From Acidobacteriota bacterium (GTDB lineage: Bacteria > Acidobacteriota > UBA6911 > RPQK01 > JAJDTT01): 64,000 bases of DNA. Below the pieces are notes generated by a model. The model had not been told where the DNA came from and made no database searches. It worked only from the letters and a program-made list of their open reading frames with translations. The DNA is taken from assembly GCA_965209055.1 (NCBI GenBank), contig OZ242374.1, positions 3,680,001 to 3,744,000 on the forward strand, read 5' to 3'. This document shows positions 46,611 through 55,812 of the stretch, one piece after another (within the stretch, counting starts at the first letter, position 1; each line of letters opens with the position of its first letter). A program made the position numbers and the translations under genes.

Positions 46611-49382
46611 TCAATCCAGCGAGATCGCGACCCTCTTGAGGACCGGGTAGCGGTCTCCGTTGTCGGAACGAAGGGTCACCCGATACTGGAGACGGCGATC
46701 GTTTTCCGCTACTGACACCGTCCCCCCGAAGGGTCTCCAGGCGCTCCCCTGCAATGCTTCCAGTGTGGCCGCGCTCCGCACCTCAAAGTTCAGACTGGTC
46801 CCTTCCGGGGAATCGGCCTGGTACTCGAGAGTCGCATCGCCGGCGGTTCCGTTCCAAATGAACACAGACGACTCGTACGTCTGCTCCCAGCGGCGATGGG
46901 CGATGTGGCCCATGTCCTGGTCGCTCATCCAGTGGGGGCCAATGGTGGGCAGGAGCTGGACCCGGGGATCGGCGAAGCGGTTGCCGTCGTTGTAATAGAC
47001 CCGGGAATGGGCGTGGTGGTTGCCGTCCTTGGTATGGCACGACACAGCCACGTCCAGGCGTCCGTCCCGGTCGAAATCACCCGCCAGGGCGTCGTGTGCC
47101 GAATCACAGATGAGGATGGTCCGGTTCCGGGTTTCCAGACCATCGGGTCCTCCCCAGTAGAGGTAACAGGGAAGGGACTCGCGGGTGAGCTCGGCGTGGT
47201 AGTGGGGAGAGAAGACGTCCAGGTACCCGTCGCCGTCCCAGTCGGCAACGGCCAGGCCGATGGGGGTGAACCCGGGAAGCCACTGGCTGTTCCAGAATTG
47301 GAAGCCCGCTTGCGAGCCCCAGAAGATGAGGCTCCCCGTGTCGTGGTGCCCGGCCGGCTTGTCATAGTAGCTTCCCACCAGCAGGTCCAGGAAGCCGTCC
47401 TGGTTGAGGTCCGCCGTTTCCAGGCTGATGGGCATGGGGGAATCCAGGCCTCCCTGCCGTTTCACGTCGAACCCTCCGGGACCGCCCCAGAAGACCCTGA
47501 CCCGGTCCGCGAGACTGGAGTGGACGGTGACGTCGAGCCACCCGTCCCGGTTGAAATCGGCCACCAGGCATCCGGTGGACCGTCCCGGCGAGGGGATGGC
47601 GGTTCTGCGGCTGCCGTCGAACCCCCGTTTTGTCCCGTAGTGGATGACCAGTTCTTCGGAGGTCTCCGGGTCCCGGTCCTCGAAGGCGCCCAGCACCAGG
47701 TCGAGGTAGCCGTCCCGGTCCAGATCGGCGACGTTGCTGGACCCGAGGTCAATTTCCCGCAGCGTCGTCCGGCGTTCCAAGTCGAAGCCCTCGGCGCTTC
47801 CCCACAGAATGTTGGCTCCCAGAATGGGTGAGGCCAGCGCCGCCGCGCCGCCATGGCCCGAGTTCAGGACCACCAGGTCGGCGTAACCGTCGGCATTCAG
47901 GTCGGCGCCGCTGGACTCGTATCCGCTCTGAAACGGGATTTCCCAGATCGACTCGGCGTCGAAACCCTCGGGACCGCCCCAATAGACCTGAAGCGGCACC
48001 ATCTCGTCCACCGTCCCCATGCGGCTGTTGGCGAAAGCGGCATGGGCCGGGACCAAATCGTGGGCGGGGATGACGACAACGTCAGTTGCCCCCACCGTCT
48101 CGGCGCCCTGGCCGGATTTCTCCAGGGTTCGCCCCCCGTTTCCCCAATAGATCCAGGAATCGGTGGTGAAGCTCTCGTCGCCCTGGTAGCGCGCCAGCGC
48201 CAGGTCGGCGTGGCCGTCGGCGTTCAAGTCGCCGATGGCGGAAGCCGACGCGTACGGAGCCTGCAAATCCAGGCGGTCCTCCCTGGAAAAGCCGGACGGC
48301 CCGCCCCACAGCACCCGGACCAGGTTCATGTCGCGGCCGGCGCCGGCGATTTCACCACCGCCGGCCCGGGAGAGGGCCAGGTCCACCAACACCAGGTCGG
48401 GCCAATCGTCACCGTCCAGCCGTCCCGAGGCCACGTGCGTCGCGGGAAACGCCGGGATGGAGACGGCCGTCTGAAACCGGCGGCCCTGACCCGCTACCGC
48501 CAGGTAGAGCTCGTCTCTGCCCGTGCCCACCAGGAGGTCGGCGAGCGTGTCCCCGTTCACGTCGTCCGCCGCCAGGGAGATTCCTGCGGTTCCCGGAAGG
48601 GCGATCCGGGTCGATTCGGGCGCCTCCGTCCTTCCACCGGCTGCCGACCAGAACAGTTGGACGCTTCCCTTGGCCAGGACCGCCACGTCCCGGCCTCCGT
48701 CCCCGTCCAGGTCCTCGGCGACCAGGTCGATGCCGCCGGCGACCCCCAGGTCCAGCCGCCGCGCCAGCAGGTAGCCCCGATCGCTGCCCCAGAAGATGCG
48801 GACGATGTTGCCGTCCGGTTGTCCCGGAAGCCACGCCTCCCGGTTCAGGGTCACGATCTCGGGCCAGTCGTCCCGGTTCAGGTCGGCGACGGCCACGGCC
48901 TGCGCCCCGTACACCGGAAGGACGCCGTTGCTCCTGGAGGCCGGCCAGCCGTCTTCGCCTCCCCAGATGATGGTCAGCAGCCTCCGCGGATTCTGAATTC
49001 CGCCGTGGTTGGGACAGAAGACCAGGTCGGTGTGGCCGTCCCGGTTCAGATCGGCCGCGGCGATTCCCGTGCTCCCCTCCACCGCCAGCGGGGACTCGCG
49101 GAGGCTCCCGTCCGAATTCACCGAGACCAGGGTTCCCGGCAGGAATCCGGCGGTGTCGTGGGTGCTGTTGAAGACCAGGTCCAGGAACCCGTCCTGGTTC
49201 AGGTCGAAGCGGTGGATGGTGCGGATGGAGCCGTCCCGGCTCACCCACAGGTTCTGGCCGGAAGCGTCGAGCCGTCCGTCGGCGAAGTCCTCGAACGAGT
49301 CTTCGACCCAGACGGTCTTGGTCTCCGCATGCAACGGGGAGAGTGCAAGAACCAGGGGGAGGAGGAATCGGAGTGATCTCAT
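46611..49382 (-). CDS. Secreted FG-GAP/VCBS repeat protein
   Basis: Signal peptide; many DLNxDGxxDL repeats with xWG motifs. Confidence 0.9.
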   Translation of the reverse strand: MRSLRFLLPLVLALSPLHAETKTVWVEDSFEDFADGRLDASGQNLWVSRDGSIRTIHRFDLNQDGFLDLVFNSTHDTAGFLPGTLVSVNSDGSLRESPLAVEGSTGIAAADLNRDGHTDLVFCPNHGGIQNPRRLLTIIWGGEDGWPASRSNGVLPVYGAQAVAVADLNRDDWPEIVTLNREAWLPGQPDGNIVRIFWGSDRGYLLARRLDLGVAGGIDLVAEDLDGDGGRDVAVLAKGSVQLFWSAAGGRTEAPESTRIALPGTAGISLAADDVNGDTLADLLVGTGRDELYLAVAGQGRRFQTAVSIPAFPATHVASGRLDGDDWPDLVLVDLALSRAGGGEIAGAGRDMNLVRVLWGGPSGFSREDRLDLQAPYASASAIGDLNADGHADLALARYQGDESFTTDSWIYWGNGGRTLEKSGQGAETVGATDVVVIPAHDLVPAHAAFANSRMGTVDEMVPLQVYWGGPEGFDAESIWEIPFQSGYESSGADLNADGYADLVVLNSGHGGAAALASPILGANILWGSAEGFDLERRTTLREIDLGSSNVADLDRDGYLDLVLGAFEDRDPETSEELVIHYGTKRGFDGSRRTAIPSPGRSTGCLVADFNRDGWLDVTVHSSLADRVRVFWGGPGGFDVKRQGGLDSPMPISLETADLNQDGFLDLLVGSYYDKPAGHHDTGSLIFWGSQAGFQFWNSQWLPGFTPIGLAVADWDGDGYLDVFSPHYHAELTRESLPCYLYWGGPDGLETRNRTILICDSAHDALAGDFDRDGRLDVAVSCHTKDGNHHAHSRVYYNDGNRFADPRVQLLPTIGPHWMSDQDMGHIAHRRWEQTYESSVFIWNGTAGDATLEYQADSPEGTSLNFEVRSAATLEALQGSAWRPFGGTVSVAENDRRLQYRVTLRSDNGDRYPVLKRVAISLD

Positions 49383-49440
49383 CGCGCGAGTATAGCAACT
49401 GCGGCGGCGATCGCAGATTCGGACGCTTGGTTGATTCGCG

Positions 49441-50448
49441 TCACTTCCGTCGGTCCAGCCAAGCGCGCAGGCGCGCGGCTTCTTCGATCGCGGACGGGTC
49501 GAGTTGGGCTTGGTGGAGCCGGGAGCGAACGACGAAATGGTCCATGTCGTCCGGCGGCGTGTCCCGTTCAATGATTTCCTGTACCTTGCTTGCGAAGAAA
49601 CGGCTCCAGTCGGGCCTCCGCCCGTCGAGGTCGGTGAAGCCGTACTCCCGTGCCAGTCCCCAGCTTGAGAAGAGCCCGCCGCTCTTCTGCCCGACATGGG
49701 GGTCGGCGGCCAGAGCCGCCACCGCCCGGCCGACGAAGCACGGCGTCTCGGACTCGGCGAAGTAGGGATCTTCCTCGATTCCGTCCCGCCAGTTCGCCTC
49801 GGTGACGCCCAAGGCTTCCAGCACCGCCTCGGAACGGAGAAAGCCCGGCGTGATTGCCAGAGCAGTCACGTTATGGGCGTGCAGGTCGGCGGCCATGGCG
49901 TACGCGAGCCGGATGACGGCGTTCTTGGCCAGGTCGTAGAAGAGGTTTCCCCGGTAGCCATGCGTATCGCCGTCGGTCACCTCGACGATGAGCCCGGCAT
50001 TGCGCTCGACCATCAGCGGCGTACCGTGCCGGCTCGTGATGATGTGACTGAGGACGGCGCGCTCGAGCAACTCCACGCCCCGGGCCGTGGAGAGGGTCCA
50101 GAACGGCGATCCCCACTCCGTCAGCGCATCGCCGCCCCAGATGTCGTTGACCAGGATGTCGAGCCGGTCCTGTTCGCCGCGGATGCGGGTGAAGAGTCGC
50201 TGGACCTCGGACTCAACGGTGTGGTCGGTGCGGACGGCGATGCCCCGGCCACCCTCCGCGGTGACCATCTCCGCCGTCTCCTCGATGGTCTCGGGCCGCC
50301 CCGGGGTGGCGGGCCGGCCCCGAACGCTGCGGCCGGTGCAGTACACGGTGGCCCCCGCCGCCCCCAGCATGCGGGCGATGCCCCGGCCGGCGCCGCGCGT
50401 CGCGCCGGCGACGACTGCCACCCGGTCGAGCAGCGGCTGGTTCGGCAT
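49441..50448 (-). CDS. SDR oxidoreductase (DHRS1-like)
   Basis: AGATRGAGRGIA; LVNDIWGG; YDLAK. Confidence 0.9.
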   Translation of the reverse strand: MPNQPLLDRVAVVAGATRGAGRGIARMLGAAGATVYCTGRSVRGRPATPGRPETIEETAEMVTAEGGRGIAVRTDHTVESEVQRLFTRIRGEQDRLDILVNDIWGGDALTEWGSPFWTLSTARGVELLERAVLSHIITSRHGTPLMVERNAGLIVEVTDGDTHGYRGNLFYDLAKNAVIRLAYAMAADLHAHNVTALAITPGFLRSEAVLEALGVTEANWRDGIEEDPYFAESETPCFVGRAVAALAADPHVGQKSGGLFSSWGLAREYGFTDLDGRRPDWSRFFASKVQEIIERDTPPDDMDHFVVRSRLHQAQLDPSAIEEAARLRAWLDRRK

Positions 50449-50462
50449 GGTCAAATTCTCGA

Positions 50463-50750
50463 TCAACCCCCGGCCATGTTGCCGACGACCATGAACGCCT
50501 CACGGACCGTCGCCACTTCTTCCGGCAACAGTGCGTCCGGCGGCTCGTGCGACCGATCCTGTCCGCAGGCAAAGAACCGGAGATAGGCCCGGCGGCGTCG
50601 CGTCGCGTGGTCCCGGATCGTGCCGCGCAGGACGGGGTAGTCTGCCTCCAGCGCGACGAGCACGGCGCGTTGAGTCGCATGCACCTCGAGATCGACCTCC
50701 ATCCAGTTCGTCGGTCAGTCTACGACACTGCCGAAAAGTCGGACAATCAT
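50463..50750 (-). pseudogene. MoaD/ThiS-family protein with frameshifted 5' end
   Basis: [14 protein letters not shown]...RFFAC...MAGG C-terminus; the ATG at 50750 runs into TGA after 11 codons, so the N-terminus is disrupted. Confidence 0.6.
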
Positions 50751-50776
50751 GGCGTGAAGCCCGCACGAGAGGAGGG

Positions 50777-50826
50777 AGAGGAGGTGACTGTCCCCTTTTC
50801 CAGAGGAGGTGACTGTCCCCTTTTCC
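50777..50826 (-). repeat. 2 x 25-bp tandem containing the GGGGACAGTCACCTC motif on the minus strand
   Basis: AGAGGAGGTGACTGTCCCCTTTTCC x2, followed by partial CCCCTTTTCCCA copies. Confidence 0.85.
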
Positions 50827-50957
50827 CAGTCCCCTTTTCCCAATCCCCTTTTCCCAATCGGTCCCCTACAATGAAAGGCAAATTGGGAGGGGCACGATGG
50901 GTTGTCCTGACTTCATTGAATCGGCTGATCGGGTGAGTGGTTCCGGGAGGAAGAATT

Positions 50958-51077
50958 ATGGGCGTACTCTCAGTTGTCGGAATAGCAGTGGTGTGTTTCC
51001 TGCTTTACAAGATTAATGAAAGTCTGGAGAGGCTGGACGGGCGGGTGTCGAGAATTGAGGAACACCTTGTTGATTAG
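50958..51077 (+). CDS. Small 39-aa TM + coiled-coil protein
   Basis: GGGAGG RBS; MGVLSVVGIAVVCFLLYKINESLERLDGRVSRIEEHLVD. Confidence 0.5.
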   Translation: MGVLSVVGIAVVCFLLYKINESLERLDGRVSRIEEHLVD

Positions 51078-51137
51078 GAAGGCCGAGCTGCGAACGTCCG
51101 ATCGCCGATGTGCATTATGGGCGGCCAGGAGGGAAGC

Positions 51138-51938
51138 ATGAGACTCAAGGACAAGGTGGCGCTGGTGACGGGGTCTTCCGGGGGACTGGGCACGGGCATC
51201 TGCCGGGCCTTCGCCGCGGAGGGCGCCGACTGCGTCGTGAACTATCACAGCGATCGGGCGGGGGGGCAGGAGACGGCCGACCTGGTGGAGAGCCTCGGCC
51301 GGAAGAGCCTGCTGGTCCAGGCCGACATCTCCCGGGAGGACCAGGTGCAGGACATGGTGGACGCGGCGCTGGAGCGCTTCGGCCGCCTGGATATCGTGGT
51401 AGCCAATGCCGGCTATGGCTTGGCCAAGCCGCTGCTGGAAACCCGGGTGGAGGAGTTCGAGAAGCTGGTGCGGACCAACCTCATCGGGACCTACCTGACC
51501 GTCCGCATCGGCGCGCAGGCCATGAAGTCGCAGGGAGGCGGCAAGATCATCACCATGTCGTCCATCCACGGACTGGGCGGGACCCACTACTGTTCCCTTT
51601 ACGAAGCCACCAAGGCGGGCATCCTCAACTTCACGCGCGGCGCCGCCTTCGATCTGGGTGACTTCGGCATCCAGATCAACTGCATCGCCCCGGGGGCCGT
51701 TCCCGTGCCCAAAGACCCGCCTCCGGACAAGGACGGTCCGCTGTATGCCGCCTGGATGCAGTACACGCCCCTCTCCCGTTTCGGAACGCCGGCGGACGTT
51801 GCGGCCGCGGCGGTCTTTCTGGCCTCGAGTGACAGCGACTGGATCACAGGGCAGGTGATCCAGGTGGACGGCGGCATTTCAGCCGGACACCTCATCCCCT
51901 CCTTCAAGTATTACGGCGCCAAGCCTCGCATGGACTGA
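51138..51938 (+). CDS. SDR oxidoreductase (FabG/GlcDH-like)
   Basis: TGSSGGLG; NAG; YEATK; ITGQVIQVDGG. Confidence 0.92.
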   Translation: MRLKDKVALVTGSSGGLGTGICRAFAAEGADCVVNYHSDRAGGQETADLVESLGRKSLLVQADISREDQVQDMVDAALERFGRLDIVVANAGYGLAKPLLETRVEEFEKLVRTNLIGTYLTVRIGAQAMKSQGGGKIITMSSIHGLGGTHYCSLYEATKAGILNFTRGAAFDLGDFGIQINCIAPGAVPVPKDPPPDKDGPLYAAWMQYTPLSRFGTPADVAAAAVFLASSDSDWITGQVIQVDGGISAGHLIPSFKYYGAKPRMD

Positions 51939-51940
51939 CC

Positions 51941-52100
51941 CGTTACGACTGGCGGCGCGCCGTGACGTTGCGGAGCGCGGTCGGCGCCTGAAAGACGCCG
52001 CTCCAATCGGCGGCAGGGATGCCGCCGCCCCTGCAGCGCGTAAAACACGGCGATCCAATCGGCGGCAGGGATGCCGCCGCTCCGCGTTACGACTGGCGGC
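51941..52100. repeat. REP cluster flanked by a 16-bp direct repeat
   Basis: TCCAATCGGCGGCAGGGATGCCGCCGC at 52002 and 52054; CGTTACGACTGGCGGC at 51941 and 52085. Confidence 0.8.
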
Positions 52101-53223
52101 TTGCCACTACCTTGCGGACCAGCTCATCTCCCGCCACGCCGGCCAGGATGACCCCCCCGATGATGGCGAACTCCAGTTGAGTGGGAATGCCCAGGAGGTT
52201 GATGGCGTTGTAGAGGACCCGCATGACCGCGGCCCCCAGCACCACGCCCAGGATCGAACCCTCGCCTCCCCGGAGGCTGCATCCCCCCAGGACCGCCGCC
52301 GCGATGGCGTAGAGCTCGTAGAAGTTGCCGTGCCCCGACGGCTGAATGGAGTTGATGTCCAGGGCGAAGAGAATGCCTCCGATTCCCGCCATGAGGGAGC
52401 AGATCACATAGGCCAGGATCACCATGCGGTCGGTGTCGATCCCGCTGTAGCGGGCGGCCTCCCGGTTCCGGCCCAGGGCCAGGAGATAGCGGCCGTAGAT
52501 GGTGTGATTCAGGAAGAGTCCAGCCAGCAACGCCAGCGCGATCATGATCAGGAAGGGAGCCGGGATCAGGATCCGGGAGAGGGGTTGGATGTCTCCGAAC
52601 CGGACCGCGGCGCCGGCCAGAACCAGCAGGGCGCCCGCCGCCGGACCCAGCCAGAGTGACTTCGCCGCCGGGGGATCGCCCTCGGTGCGCTTCCGGATTC
52701 TTCGCACCAGGGTCCAGATCAGAACGGCCGCTCCCGCCGCGGCGGCCAGAACCGCCAGCGTGACGGGTTTGCCGGTGGCCAACAGCTTGAGTTCCTGGAA
52801 TCCGGTCCCGAATCCCTGAGTCTGGTCCGCCGTCAGGTAGCGCGCGTATCCGCGGTACAGAAGCAGGCCGCAGAGGGTGACCACGAAGGGTTGGAGCCGC
52901 AGCCGGGTGACCAGGAGTCCGTGAGCCAGGCCGACCAGAAGGCTGACGGCGAGAACCGCCCCCAGGGCCCCGGCGGCTCCCAAGCCGTGGTTGACGAGAA
53001 GCATTGGGAGCAGGCACCCCACCAGCCCCACCAGGGAGCCGATGGACAGGTCGATTCCGCCCGTGATGATGACGAAGGCCACGCCGATGCTCAGGATCCC
53101 GAACAGCGAGGTCCAACGGATGATGTTCTGCAGGTTGTAAGGCGTCAGGAAGTCGGGGTTCATCAGTGCGCTGAAGGTGCACACCGCCAGCAACAGAAGC
53201 AGGATGCCCCGCGATTTGTTCAT
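52087..53223 (-). CDS. Sugar ABC transporter permease (RbsC-like)
   Basis: GGIDLSIG; YELYAIAAAVLGG. Confidence 0.93.
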   Translation of the reverse strand: MNKSRGILLLLLAVCTFSALMNPDFLTPYNLQNIIRWTSLFGILSIGVAFVIITGGIDLSIGSLVGLVGCLLPMLLVNHGLGAAGALGAVLAVSLLVGLAHGLLVTRLRLQPFVVTLCGLLLYRGYARYLTADQTQGFGTGFQELKLLATGKPVTLAVLAAAAGAAVLIWTLVRRIRKRTEGDPPAAKSLWLGPAAGALLVLAGAAVRFGDIQPLSRILIPAPFLIMIALALLAGLFLNHTIYGRYLLALGRNREAARYSGIDTDRMVILAYVICSLMAGIGGILFALDINSIQPSGHGNFYELYAIAAAVLGGCSLRGGEGSILGVVLGAAVMRVLYNAINLLGIPTQLEFAIIGGVILAGVAGDELVRKVVASRQS

Positions 53224-54722
53224 GCCGCTTCCTCCGCGGAGGTGGCCAGGCGGGCAACCGCTTCTTCCGTGAGCTCTTCCCGAGACAGCTCTCCGCTGAT
53301 CCGCCCTTCATGCATCACCAGGACCCGCCGCGAGAGTCTCAGGATCTCTTCCATCTCGCTGCTGGCGAAAAGGATGGCGGTCCCTTCCTCGGAGAGCGCT
53401 TCGAGCAGGTGATAGATCTCCTGCTTGGAGCCGACGTCGATCCCGCGGGTGGGCTCGTCCAGAAGCAGCACCTTCGGTTTCAGTGAGAGCCACTTGGCCA
53501 GGACCACCTTCTGCTGGTTTCCGCCCGAGAGGTGCTCGGTGGCGGCTTCGGCGCCGGGCGTGCGGATGCCGAGCCTGGCGATCATCGCGGCCGTCTGGCG
53601 CCTGTGAAGACGCCGGTTGATGAAGCCGCCCCGGAGCCGATGGTATCTCAGGGAGGCCAGCGAGACGTTCTCCTCCACACCCATTCGCAGGATCAGGCCT
53701 TGTTGCTTCCGGTCCTCGGGGACCAGGGCGATGCCGTTTTTGATCCCCTCGATGGGGTTGGAGATCCGGGCAGCGGCCCCGTCGATCCGAACGCTGCCGC
53801 CCAATGCCGGCTCGGTACCGAAGAGGGCGCCCAGCAGCGCGCTGCGGCCCGATCCCAATAGTCCGGCCAAGCCGACGATCTCCCCGGCTCCCACCTCCAG
53901 GTCGAGACGGTGCCCGGGATAGTCCCTGGTCCGCAGGTCCCGAACCTCCATGCGGACCGGCCCCTGCCGGCCGGGGATCCGCCCATAGAAGCTGGAGATG
54001 TCCCGGCCGACCATGAGCCGCACCATGCGGTCGTGATCGATCTCGTCTCTGGCCAGCTCGCCGGCGTTGGCGCCGTCGCGCAGCACCAGAACCCGGTCGG
54101 CCAGCTCCTTTACCTCGCCCAGCCGGTGAGAGATGTAGATCACCGCCACCCCTTCGGCACGAAGCTCCCGAACGGTTCGGAACAGGTTCCGGGTCTCGCC
54201 CTGGGAGAGGCTCGACGTCGGTTCGTCCATGATGAGGACCCGGGAGCGCGCCGCCAGCGCCCGGGCGATCTCCACCAGTTGGCGCTGGCCCATGGAGAGC
54301 CGCGCGACCTTGGTGGACGGTGAGCAGTCGAGCCCGATCCGTTCCAGAATCGGTCTCGCCGCCCGCGCCAGCCGGCGATGGTTGAGGATCCCGAAGCGAT
54401 GGGGTTCGCGGCCCAGGAAGATGTTGGCCGTCACGTCCAGATTGTCCGAGAGGTTCAGTTCCTGGTGGATAAGGATCACGCCCAGGCCGGTGGCGGTCTG
54501 GACCGACTCCATCCGGACGGAAGATTCATCCATGAAGATCCGTCCCGAGTCCGGGGATTCCTCGCCCGCCAGGATCTTGACCAGCGTGCTCTTGCCGGCT
54601 CCGTTCTCGCCCACCAGGGCCAGGATCTCTCCGGCGTGGACCTGGAGGTCCGCACGGTCCAGGGCCAGTGCGCCCGGAAATCGTTTGCTGATCTTCCGGG
54701 CTTCGAGGACCGGTGCCGCCAT
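53220..54722 (-). CDS. Sugar ABC transporter ATPase (RbsA-like)
   Basis: GENGAGKST; DEPT; LSGGNQQK. Confidence 0.95.
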   Translation of the reverse strand: MAAPVLEARKISKRFPGALALDRADLQVHAGEILALVGENGAGKSTLVKILAGEESPDSGRIFMDESSVRMESVQTATGLGVILIHQELNLSDNLDVTANIFLGREPHRFGILNHRRLARAARPILERIGLDCSPSTKVARLSMGQRQLVEIARALAARSRVLIMDEPTSSLSQGETRNLFRTVRELRAEGVAVIYISHRLGEVKELADRVLVLRDGANAGELARDEIDHDRMVRLMVGRDISSFYGRIPGRQGPVRMEVRDLRTRDYPGHRLDLEVGAGEIVGLAGLLGSGRSALLGALFGTEPALGGSVRIDGAAARISNPIEGIKNGIALVPEDRKQQGLILRMGVEENVSLASLRYHRLRGGFINRRLHRRQTAAMIARLGIRTPGAEAATEHLSGGNQQKVVLAKWLSLKPKVLLLDEPTRGIDVGSKQEIYHLLEALSEEGTAILFASSEMEEILRLSRRVLVMHEGRISGELSREELTEEAVARLATSAEEAA

Positions 54723-54760
54723 GGAATTGTTTCGCCGCGGGGCGGGGAATTGTGCCGGAA

Positions 54761-55777
54761 TCAGGGCGTAGCGCCCTTTGCCTCCGCCATCTTGCGGTTC
54801 AGATCGTCCCAGAACTCCCGGACGTTGTCCGCACGGATTGTCTGGGCCGGGATATCCAGAAACCCATTCTCGGGAAGGACGCTGCGGTCTCCCCGGGCCA
54901 GGCCCGCCAGGATCCGCACCGATTCGTAGCCGTACTGGTACGGCTGCTGGACCACGGTGCCGTAGACCCGGCCGTCCAGGATGCCCTGCAAGGTGGCGTC
55001 GGCCTCGTCGAAGCCCACCAGGTGGATTCCGTCCACCCCGGCCTGCTGCAGAGCCACCAGGCAGGCGGGCGGGTTGTAGGCGAAGAGTCCCACCATGCAG
55101 CCCAGATCGGGATAGCGGGCGATGGCGTCCTCGCAGTTGGCCTTGGCCTTGGCCTGGTCGAACTGGTCGGTACGGGTGTCCAAAATGGTGTAGCGCTCCC
55201 CTTTCAGAAGCTCATTCGGGGGATCGACGGCGCCCATGGTCTCTCCCGGACGGTCCAGCAACTCGTCGATGACCCCCTGCCTTCTCTGGGAGGCGTTGAG
55301 CTGTTCCAACCGGCCGACGAAAAGCATCACCGAGCCTCCCTCGGGCATGGCTTCCTTGACCAGCTTCCCCACTAGGCGGCCCGCCCGGTAGTTGTCCATC
55401 CCCACGTAGCAGAGCCGCCGGGTTCGCGGCGCGTCCGAGTCGTGGGTGATGACGGTGGTGTGGTCGCACGCTTCGTTGACCAGGTCCTCCTGGTTGTCCG
55501 GATCGATGGGGCTGATGGCCATGCCGTCGATGCCCCGGGCCAGCAGGTCCTCCACGATCCGTTTCTGGTCCAGAACCCCTTCCACCGGCATCCGCACGTC
55601 CACATCCACGTCCAGGTCCCGGCCCGCCTTGAGCGCGCCGGCTTCGGCGATGGTCCAGAAGGAGGCGACCCCGTTGGTCACGTAAGCGAGTCTGGGCTTC
55701 TGAGAGCCCGGCTCCGAGCCACTGCAACCGGCCGCCGGGAGGAGGCAGAGTATGGCGAGCAGTATCTGGTGGCGCAT
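54761..55777 (-). CDS. Sugar ABC substrate-binding lipoprotein
   Basis: Lipobox AAGC; ITHDSDAP; YVGMDNY; VVQQPYQYG. Confidence 0.9.
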   Translation of the reverse strand: MRHQILLAILCLLPAAGCSGSEPGSQKPRLAYVTNGVASFWTIAEAGALKAGRDLDVDVDVRMPVEGVLDQKRIVEDLLARGIDGMAISPIDPDNQEDLVNEACDHTTVITHDSDAPRTRRLCYVGMDNYRAGRLVGKLVKEAMPEGGSVMLFVGRLEQLNASQRRQGVIDELLDRPGETMGAVDPPNELLKGERYTILDTRTDQFDQAKAKANCEDAIARYPDLGCMVGLFAYNPPACLVALQQAGVDGIHLVGFDEADATLQGILDGRVYGTVVQQPYQYGYESVRILAGLARGDRSVLPENGFLDIPAQTIRADNVREFWDDLNRKMAEAKGATP

Positions 55778-55812
55778 CGGCGATTTCCCCGTTCGGGTGC
55801 GTGCCGGGCACT

